From assembly GCA_964388035.1 (NCBI GenBank), contig CAYLZE010000005.1, positions 50,087 to 114,086 on the forward strand: a stretch of DNA of 64,000 nucleotides. Direction: 5' to 3'. Of this stretch, positions 51,848-59,211 are shown piece by piece. The DNA is from an uncultured archaeon. GTDB lineage: Archaea > Asgardarchaeota > Lokiarchaeia > Sigyniarchaeales > SOKP01. A model generated the notes under the pieces. The model saw only the letters and a list, made by a program, of their open reading frames with translations, was not told the origin of the DNA and made no database searches. The position numbers and the translations under genes were made by a program. Each line of letters opens with the position of its first letter. Within the stretch, counting starts at the first letter, position 1.

Positions 51848-52216
51848 ATGATAAAATCTATTGTTATTATCTCAGATCATTCTCCTATCGGAAAAAATTC
51901 AGCTCGAGAAACTCTACGATTGGTTTCAGGTTTTGTAGGATTAGGGGTGGAATTAGATTGTAAGGTGATATTAACTGGAGATGCCGTTTTACTCATGAAT
52001 AAGCACTCCAATCCGAAAGCTATTGGAGCAGATTCATTTGATGAGGCTTTTGAAATGTTAGAACTCACGGATTCAGAAATATATTTACTGGATACCGCGT
52101 TAGAAGAGGTCGGATTAACTAAAGATGATCTTATCGATTATGAAAATCTCAAGGTGATATCGCTATCTCAAATGGTTAAGTTCATAGAACAAGCGGATAT
52201 GAGTTTTAGATTTTAA
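51848..52216 (+). CDS. dsrF: DsrF/TusC family protein
   Basis: HSPIGKNSARETLR, ILTGDAV, ends ADMSFRF. Confidence 0.8.
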   Translation: MIKSIVIISDHSPIGKNSARETLRLVSGFVGLGVELDCKVILTGDAVLLMNKHSNPKAIGADSFDEAFEMLELTDSEIYLLDTALEEVGLTKDDLIDYENLKVISLSQMVKFIEQADMSFRF

Positions 52217-52573
52217 ATGGGGTGGAAAAGAATGAAAGAAAATTATGATTTGCTGTACTTGTTTGGATACAGTCCAAGAACCGGAAAGGAATTAGAACGA
52301 TTACTCGCAATTGTTGAGCAACATCAAGAATCTGGGTTGCAGGTGGGGATGGTTTTGATTCATGATGGTGTCGTGGTAGCTTCCTCAATGGGTAAGCATC
52401 CTGAGGAAGTTAAGCGCCTGAGAGAACTCTCTATAGGATTACATGTAATGATACCTGATTTGCAAGCCCGAGGCCTTTCTTTAGATCACTTGGAGGAGAA
52501 CATCCAAGGTATTAATTACGAGGAATTAGTTGAGCTACTTGACAATGCGCAGAAAATCATATCGTGGATGTAA
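52217..52573 (+). CDS. dsrH: DsrH/TusB family protein
   Basis: LIHDGV, PDLQARG, INYEELVELL...ISW; start may be 52232. Confidence 0.82.
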   Translation: MGWKRMKENYDLLYLFGYSPRTGKELERLLAIVEQHQESGLQVGMVLIHDGVVVASSMGKHPEEVKRLRELSIGLHVMIPDLQARGLSLDHLEENIQGINYEELVELLDNAQKIISWM

Positions 52574-52871
52574 AGATTAAAGGCTTATAAAACAATAAAA
52601 AAGAAAAAAGATTTCCAAAATTCAAGAAAATTGAGTTAATTTGAGAGTAATACCAAGAAACTACATCTTTTTGTTCTTATTATTTATTTACTTCTTTAAA
52701 GCTATATTGTCAAATACAAGAGAAATTATAGGAATCTTTTTAAAAGTCTCATTATATGCCTTGAATTATAATTTAAAATTTTCCTTTTATTAATTTAAGC
52801 GGAAAACATGCACTTTAAGAAAGAAGAGTTCATAATTTTCTTTTTTTGATAAGGTTTGCATGAGTTTGCAC

Positions 52872-52941
52872 TTGTGATATTTTTATAAAGTTATCCTTAT
52901 GGTTTGTGATAATTAATGATAAAACTTTTATTATATGTGAT
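52872..52941 (+). promoter_or_regulatory. Triple-box operator/promoter upstream of the dsrE2-like gene
   Basis: TTGTGAT at 52872 and 52904, ATGTGAT at 52935; same 18-mer at 52924..52941. Confidence 0.8.
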
Positions 52942-53142
52942 TTAATTTTAAATAGTACCCTACATTTAATTTTAAGGAGTGATATCCTCCTTATCTTTAA
53001 AAAACATCAAAAAGTAAGTATTGGAGTAAAATGGTTTCCAAGCCAAATAAATACGGTCTTTTGATAAAATGGTTATCCAAAATACTCCAACTAATTGATT
53101 AAAATGCAGGGTCACTAAAAAATTAAAAGAAAGGTGGAAAAA

Positions 53143-53559
53143 ATGGTAGAAAAAATTAATTTTATTGTAAAGGACAAATCATTTGAGAAATTCATGATGA
53201 TGACGATCCTAGGAACCACAGGAGCCGCCATGGATACGGAAATGAACTTTTTCTTTACTTTTTGGGGGTTAAACCTCTTAAAAAAGTCATTTAAGCCAAA
53301 GGTTGCCGGAATGCCCTTTCCCATGAAAGGAATGGCGGCTAATATGTTTAGAAAAAGATTAAAGAAATTTGGAATGGAAAATCCTTGGGATCTGATCAAA
53401 GAAGCTGTGGAAGATGGGAAAATGAAATTATATCCTTGTCAAATGACGATGGACTTAATGGGAATTAAACGGGAAGAATTATGGGATTTCGTAGAAGATC
53501 CTATTGGTGCAGCTGGCTTCTTGGATATGGCAGAAGGGGCCAGAATTGTATCATTATAA
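53143..53559 (+). CDS. DsrE2/DsrE-like (YrkE-type) sulfur carrier
   Basis: FFFTFWGLNLLKK, LYPCQMTMDLMG, GAAGFL. Confidence 0.88.
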   Translation: MVEKINFIVKDKSFEKFMMMTILGTTGAAMDTEMNFFFTFWGLNLLKKSFKPKVAGMPFPMKGMAANMFRKRLKKFGMENPWDLIKEAVEDGKMKLYPCQMTMDLMGIKREELWDFVEDPIGAAGFLDMAEGARIVSL

Positions 53560-53900
53560 TTCTATGCAAATTTTTTGAAATTCTGTAATATCCGAAATTT
53601 TAAACAAGATTCTTCTACATGTTAGTATGGCATCAAAAGCTAAGTTAGCATAAGATTATAAATACAATTCTCGTAATAGAAAATTACATTGATAAAAAAT
53701 TGAAAAGTACAATGAGAAATAAAGAAGAAGGTTGTGATTACTTAATTCAGTAAATTAATAGGTTCTTTGTTTATATCTTTTTTTTAATTCTATTTTCTTA
53801 TCTTATTTTATTTTAGTCTTTTAAATGTGGTATTTTTAAATTTAAAATTGATCTTGTTTCTAATTTTGTTTGAAATTCAATGATAATTTGATTTTCGCGT

Positions 53901-53971
53901 TTGTGATATTACTTTTTAAATAGTAATTTCTTCTTGTGATAGTAAATGGAAAAACTTTTATTATATGTGAT
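53901..53971 (+). promoter_or_regulatory. Triple-box operator/promoter upstream of hdrC
   Basis: TTGTGAT at 53901 and 53934, ATGTGAT at 53965; same 18-mer at 53954..53971. Confidence 0.8.
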
Positions 53972-54029
53972 TCACTTTTAATTAAAAGTTTATATTTGTA
54001 ATATTATTAGCTAATATGGTGAAAAAAAA

Positions 54030-54578
54030 ATGTCAGATGTTAAAGAAGTACATCGTGAATTCAAGCTTGATGAAGAATTTGAGCCAGAATTCTTTAAAGA
54101 TATTGAACGACGGTCAAACATATTACAATGCATTCAATGCGGCACGTGCACTGCATCGTGCGAAAGTGGTCGATGGACTGCCTTAAAAACTCGATTAATC
54201 ATTAGAAAAGTCGTGTTAGGAGATTTATCGGTTCTAAAAGATCCTGACATTTGGCTCTGTACCACCTGTTATCAGTGTTATGAACGCTGTCCTCGTGATG
54301 TGCGTCCCACGGATGTAATCATGGAATTACGAAATATTGCCACTAAAATGGGGAACATATCTCCCAATCATAGAGCCGTGGTGGGCTATTTAAAAAACAC
54401 CGGACACGCAGTTCCTATTAACGACGCAGTAAGAAAACAACGCGTGGAACTGGGACTTGATGAACTTCCTCCGACCCTGTTCAAATATAAAGGAAAAAAA
54501 GGAGAAGAGGATCTCAAAAATATTCGAGAAAGATTGTTTCCCTTGCCTCTAGAGAAGGGAAAGGAGGGTAAGAATTAA
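54030..54578 (+). CDS. hdrC: Heterodisulfide reductase subunit C
   Basis: CIQCGTCTASC, WLCTTCYQCYERCPR, TGHAVP, LPPT. Confidence 0.93.
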   Translation: MSDVKEVHREFKLDEEFEPEFFKDIERRSNILQCIQCGTCTASCESGRWTALKTRLIIRKVVLGDLSVLKDPDIWLCTTCYQCYERCPRDVRPTDVIMELRNIATKMGNISPNHRAVVGYLKNTGHAVPINDAVRKQRVELGLDELPPTLFKYKGKKGEEDLKNIRERLFPLPLEKGKEGKN

Positions 54579-54579
54579 G

Positions 54580-55497
54580 ATGGTTAAGGAGAATACGTTT
54601 GCCTTCTTTTTGGGTTGCATAATGAATAATAGATACCCGCAGATTGAGAAGTCAACGAAGTACGTTATGGAAAGGTTGGGGTATACTCTATTGGATATGG
54701 AACGAGCCAGTTGCTGTCCGGCACCGGGCGTTCTCCGTTCATTTAATAAAATTGATTGGATGGTACTTGCCGCCCGGAACATTTGCATAGCGGAAAAGTT
54801 AGATGCGGATATTTTAACGGTTTGTAATGGTTGTTTTGGCACGCTTCAAGAGGTAAACAGGCATCTGAAGGAAAATGAAGCGCATCGGGAGTTAGTAAAC
54901 GAAAAATTAAAGCTCATTGGAGACTACCACTTTAACGGAACAATCGAAGTTAAGCACGTTGCTGAGGTATTGGGATATGAGATTGGTCCGTGGGGCATTG
55001 AGGATTTTATTACCAGGAAAGTACATGCCCGTGTAGCGGTTCATTATGGCTGTCATTTTTTAAAGCCCACGAAAATTAGGGAGATGGACAGTTCAGAAAA
55101 ACCAACAATCGTAGAGGACTTTATAAGTGCGTTGGGAGTTGAGGCCGTGCCATTTAAAGAGCAACTCACATGTTGTGGCGCGGGAGGTGGTCTGAAGGCC
55201 TTTGATGCTCCCTCCAGCATGAGCGTTTTTGCGGAGAAGATGAAGAACATTGATGAAGTGAAGCCAGATTTCATTTTAGATATATGTCCTTTCTGTCATT
55301 TACAATTTGAGACGGGGCAAGATTACTTGAACAAGAATAGGAACATGAATTATGATTATCCGGTAATTCATCTTTCCCAGCTCACGGCGTATTGCATGGG
55401 CATGGATCAAGAATTCGTCGGTTTACAATATCAGATGATGGGGAAAGACTACATTTTTGGAAAAGATACTAAAAAAGGAGAGGAGGAGATGGTTTAA
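54580..55497 (+). CDS. hdrB: Heterodisulfide reductase subunit B
   Basis: Two CCG domains: FLGCIMNNRYP, SCCPAPG, CNGC; HYGCH, CCGAGGG, CPFCHLQF. Confidence 0.94.
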   Translation: MVKENTFAFFLGCIMNNRYPQIEKSTKYVMERLGYTLLDMERASCCPAPGVLRSFNKIDWMVLAARNICIAEKLDADILTVCNGCFGTLQEVNRHLKENEAHRELVNEKLKLIGDYHFNGTIEVKHVAEVLGYEIGPWGIEDFITRKVHARVAVHYGCHFLKPTKIREMDSSEKPTIVEDFISALGVEAVPFKEQLTCCGAGGGLKAFDAPSSMSVFAEKMKNIDEVKPDFILDICPFCHLQFETGQDYLNKNRNMNYDYPVIHLSQLTAYCMGMDQEFVGLQYQMMGKDYIFGKDTKKGEEEMV

Positions 55498-55498
55498 G

Positions 55499-57535
55499 TT
55501 GACAATTAAAGAACACAAGTTGGAAAAGACGGCTTCTACAGAAGAACAGGACGAACCAAGTGAAGGGGAAGAGGAACCCCGCATAGGCGTTTTTGTATGT
55601 CATTGCGGGCATAATATTGCCGGTACGGTGGATGTAGAGAGGGTAGCAAAATATGCATCCACGCTTCCAGACGTGGTAAAAGCGGAACATTACATGTTCA
55701 TGTGTTCAAAACCAGGAGTGCAAATGGTAAAGGATTCCATCAAAGAATTGGGGGTGAATCGAACCGTGGTTGCCTCTTGTTCCAAAAATCAACACGGGAA
55801 GACCTTTGCGCACGCGATAGAAGAGATGGGAATCAACAAGCATCGACACCAGCAAGTAAACGTGAGGGAATATTGTAGTTGGGTGCATCAAAAAGATAAA
55901 GAGAAAGCTACTCAAAAAGCTCTCCGCTTGATTGAAGCGGGAGTGAATAGAGCTCGAAAATTAGAGGACGTAGAAACTCGAAAAATAAGCACTACCAAGG
56001 CCGCTTTAGTCATAGGAGGAGGTATTGCAGGACTTCGAGCTGCTAATGATATGGCAGAATTGGGCATCCCGGTCTACTTGGTGGAAAAAGAATCCACGAT
56101 AGGAGGACACATGACTAGATTAAATAAAACATTCCCGACTAATGAATGTCCTCAATGTAGCATATCACCTTTGACGAATGGAGTTGCGAATCATCCTTTA
56201 ATCGAATTATATACGAATGCTCAAGTTAAGGATGTTGAGGGTTCTCTTGGGAACTTTGAGATAGAAGTGGAAATCAAACCTCGATATGTCAATGACAACT
56301 GTACGAGCTGTGGAGAATGTGCCAAGAATTGTCCTGTAGAAGTACCAAGTGAGTGGGATATGGGAATGTCCATGCGTAATGCTATCTATAAGGCATATCC
56401 ACAAGCGATTCCCGCTACGTATGTTAGGGATAAAAAAACGTGTATTGAATGTAACACTTGTATAAATGTTTGCCCCGTAAATGCTATTGATTTTTCGATG
56501 GAAAAAGAAACGAAGAAATTCAAGGTGGGATCCATCGTGGTTGCTGCGGGTTATGATGAATATGATCCTACAGAAATAGAACCATACCATTATGGACAAG
56601 AAGGGTATGAGGATGTTATTACTCAATTAAAGTTAGAGAGAATGCTTTCTCCCACTTCAATGACCAATAGTGAGGTTCTTAGGCCATCAGATGGTAAGAT
56701 CCCGAAGAATATCGTAATGATTCAATGTGTTGGAAGCAGAAATGATCAAGTAGGAAATGCATATTGCACGGGAGTGTGCTGTAAAATCGCTGTTAAAAAT
56801 TCTGGGATTGTTAAAGAAATGTATCCTGATTCTAATGTTACTATTTGCTATATAGATATCAGAACCCCCGGGTTGAACTTTGAGGAATATTATAAATCTT
56901 CCCAAGAAAAAGGAGTGCGATTTATTCGGGGAAGACCCTCGGAAATAGTGAGAGATCCCAACACGGGAGAATTAAGAGTTATTGTTGAAGACACCCTTAG
57001 CCAAACACCCTTACAATTAAAAGCAGATTTAGTAATTCTTTCGGCGGCAATGGTTCCTCCTGAAGGAATCGGACCACTTGGATCAAAATTACATGTCTTG
57101 CGCTCAAAGGAGGGTTTTCTCAAGGAGTTCCATATCAAGATGAACCCTACTCTTAGCAGCAAGGGTGGAATCTTTTTGGCGGGAGCGATTCAAGGACCTA
57201 AAGATATATCGGAAACTGTCGCTCATGCAGGAAGTGCCGCGGCATTAGCAGCTGCACCCTTAGTTAAGGGATACATTGAAAAAGAAATGCTAGTACCCTC
57301 GGTTGCCAGAGATTTATGCACAAAGTGTGGGTTATGTGCAACCGTGTGCGCTCCCGCGGCAATTATTTTTAATGAAGAAGGTTATCCCGTTGTTAATGAG
57401 GTTGCTTGTAAATCTTGTGGAATGTGCATGCCCGCATGTCCTACAGCAGCGATTCAGCTCTTGAATTTTCGTGATGATCAACTATTAGATGAAATTAAAG
57501 CAGTATCTGGAGGAGGTGTGTGTGCCGATGACTGA
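55499..57535 (+). CDS. hdrA: Heterodisulfide reductase subunit A
   Basis: RIGVFVCHCGHNI, GGGIAG, KTFPTNECPQCS, inserted ferredoxin, QCVGSR...CTGVCC, C-terminal ferredoxin. TTG start at 55499 inferred. Confidence 0.94.
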   Translation: MTIKEHKLEKTASTEEQDEPSEGEEEPRIGVFVCHCGHNIAGTVDVERVAKYASTLPDVVKAEHYMFMCSKPGVQMVKDSIKELGVNRTVVASCSKNQHGKTFAHAIEEMGINKHRHQQVNVREYCSWVHQKDKEKATQKALRLIEAGVNRARKLEDVETRKISTTKAALVIGGGIAGLRAANDMAELGIPVYLVEKESTIGGHMTRLNKTFPTNECPQCSISPLTNGVANHPLIELYTNAQVKDVEGSLGNFEIEVEIKPRYVNDNCTSCGECAKNCPVEVPSEWDMGMSMRNAIYKAYPQAIPATYVRDKKTCIECNTCINVCPVNAIDFSMEKETKKFKVGSIVVAAGYDEYDPTEIEPYHYGQEGYEDVITQLKLERMLSPTSMTNSEVLRPSDGKIPKNIVMIQCVGSRNDQVGNAYCTGVCCKIAVKNSGIVKEMYPDSNVTICYIDIRTPGLNFEEYYKSSQEKGVRFIRGRPSEIVRDPNTGELRVIVEDTLSQTPLQLKADLVILSAAMVPPEGIGPLGSKLHVLRSKEGFLKEFHIKMNPTLSSKGGIFLAGAIQGPKDISETVAHAGSAAALAAAPLVKGYIEKEMLVPSVARDLCTKCGLCATVCAPAAIIFNEEGYPVVNEVACKSCGMCMPACPTAAIQLLNFRDDQLLDEIKAVSGGGVCADD

Positions 57536-57980
57536 ATGTGAAGTCGAAGAGCAAGAAATAAAAGATAAATATGAAAACATCGTGGTTTTCATGTGTAATG
57601 AATGTGGTCAAGGATCAGCAAACACGGCGGGTGTGGCCCGGATGGGATATGATCCAGCTATTCGAATCGTTCGCGTCCAATGCACCGGCCAAGTAGGACC
57701 CATTCAAATCATGGATGCAATCAACAACGGAGCAGATTCTGTGGCATGTATTGGTTGTTGTTTGGGGGCATGTCATTTCTTTAATGGAAATATCCTCTCA
57801 ATGCATCGAATAAAGTTATTAAAAAAGTTGTTTAAGGAGTTAGGGTATAGCGATCAATTTGTCAATCAGTATACTTCGCGTGCTGCAGAAGGTGAGACCG
57901 CAACTGGAGATTTTGAGGATATAGTGGAACGATTATCAAAAGCAATAAAAGAAGGAGGAGTCATAAAGAATGAATGTTAA
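57528..57980 (+). CDS. mvhD: MvhD [2Fe-2S] subunit
   Basis: FMCNEC...AG..RM.Y...IRIVRVQCTG, GC..GACHF..GN; SD GGAGGAGG. Confidence 0.88.
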   Translation: MTECEVEEQEIKDKYENIVVFMCNECGQGSANTAGVARMGYDPAIRIVRVQCTGQVGPIQIMDAINNGADSVACIGCCLGACHFFNGNILSMHRIKLLKKLFKELGYSDQFVNQYTSRAAEGETATGDFEDIVERLSKAIKEGGVIKNEC

Positions 57981-59211
57981 AGTTTTTCAGTTCGGTGGAT
58001 GTAATAAATGTTTTCATGAAGCCTTGTTATTGAAGGAAAATGATGCGCTAAACGTGGAATTTATTTCCGATCCAAAGTCTTGGAAAGAAGAAAAAGCAGA
58101 TGTATCCGTAATTGCAGGACATTTAATTCCAAAAGATAAAGAAATATTAGGAAGGATTAAAGCAAATTCCGGTAAAGTAATTGGATATGGAGATTGTACC
58201 ACAACAGGAGGAGTTTTTGCCTTAGCAAACCAAAGAGGCTTTGACATAACACCCTTAAAAGAATTCATCCCAAATGCCATGAACATTAATAGTTGTTTGG
58301 GTGAAATTGACGAATTAAGGACCGAAATTGAGGGAAAAGAGCAATCCAAGTTGGGAGTTTTATGCAATTCTTGTAAACGGAAAGCAACTTGTGAATATTT
58401 GGAAGAGGTACATCGTCAAATTGAATTTGAAGATGAAGAGACATGCTTTAATGACTTGGGATATCTTTGTAATGGATTCATCGCTAAAGAATGCAAGGAA
58501 CGCTGCGTGGACTTTAATGCGCCCTGTCGGGGATGCAAACCCATGGTAGAACGCTCGGGAATACGAATGTTAGGGATGTTTGGAACCTTGATGGGGAATA
58601 TTGATATGGCCACGGAACATTCCGAGAAAGGAGCTACGGACAAATTAGCCGATGCAGAGGACGATCTCACGCGAAGCTTGCCCGATGTAGTAGGGAATTT
58701 TTTTAGGTTTTCTCTCCGTACTTCAGGATTACCCAAAGGAAGGATTCCACCATCTGGTAGTCTATTGGAAAATGTGTTCACGGGTCGATTGATAGAAGAA
58801 TTACCTTTAATTGCCGGATTGCTTGGTGGAGATCGATGCATCTCTTTCATGTTAAAATTCATAGAACCATATGAAAAAGCTAACGGGATTGAAATTAGTC
58901 CTAAGACGCAAGAATATAGACAGCATTTATTAGAATTAGAACAAGATTTACAATCAGCGATAAAGGAAGAAGATCCTCAGAAATATAAGGAAATCACGAA
59001 AGAAATAAGAAAAATTGCTGGAAATATGAATTTATCTAACATGTTTTTTGGTGGATTTCGATCTCAAATTGATGGACAAGATAATTTTGAAGATTATAAA
59101 GTACATTTATTCGATATAATTGAGGGTACCTATAAAAATGGTACACTTGAATATGAAATCGATTCAAATGGAATAGTAAAACAAATAAAAATTAAGGAGG
59201 AAAAGAAATGA
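57970..59211 (+). CDS. Atypical MvhG-like Fe-S protein with C-terminal extension
   Basis: GCNKC, YGDCTTTGGV, CNSC, CFNDLGYLCNG, C...C....PCRGC, FFRFSL; about 150 extra C-terminal residues. Confidence 0.75.
   Translation: MNVKVFQFGGCNKCFHEALLLKENDALNVEFISDPKSWKEEKADVSVIAGHLIPKDKEILGRIKANSGKVIGYGDCTTTGGVFALANQRGFDITPLKEFIPNAMNINSCLGEIDELRTEIEGKEQSKLGVLCNSCKRKATCEYLEEVHRQIEFEDEETCFNDLGYLCNGFIAKECKERCVDFNAPCRGCKPMVERSGIRMLGMFGTLMGNIDMATEHSEKGATDKLADAEDDLTRSLPDVVGNFFRFSLRTSGLPKGRIPPSGSLLENVFTGRLIEELPLIAGLLGGDRCISFMLKFIEPYEKANGIEISPKTQEYRQHLLELEQDLQSAIKEEDPQKYKEITKEIRKIAGNMNLSNMFFGGFRSQIDGQDNFEDYKVHLFDIIEGTYKNGTLEYEIDSNGIVKQIKIKEEKK

Noticed and set aside
51231-52573. Assignment as simple TusABCDE tRNA 2-thiolation genes
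   Set aside because: No tusE/dsrC, mnmA or cysteine desulfurase gene is nearby, and the operator is shared with hdrC. A role in trans is not fully excluded.
51231-57535. Assignment as the known sulfur-oxidising sHdr pathway
   Set aside because: There is a single hdrC/hdrB with methanogen-type motifs plus mvhD, and no hdrC2B2 or lipoate-binding protein gene in the window.
54030-57980. Selenocysteine recoding in HdrA/MvhD (reported for some Lokiarchaeia)
   Set aside because: Both frames are open with Cys codons at the relevant motifs. There is no in-frame TGA, and I saw no convincing SECIS.
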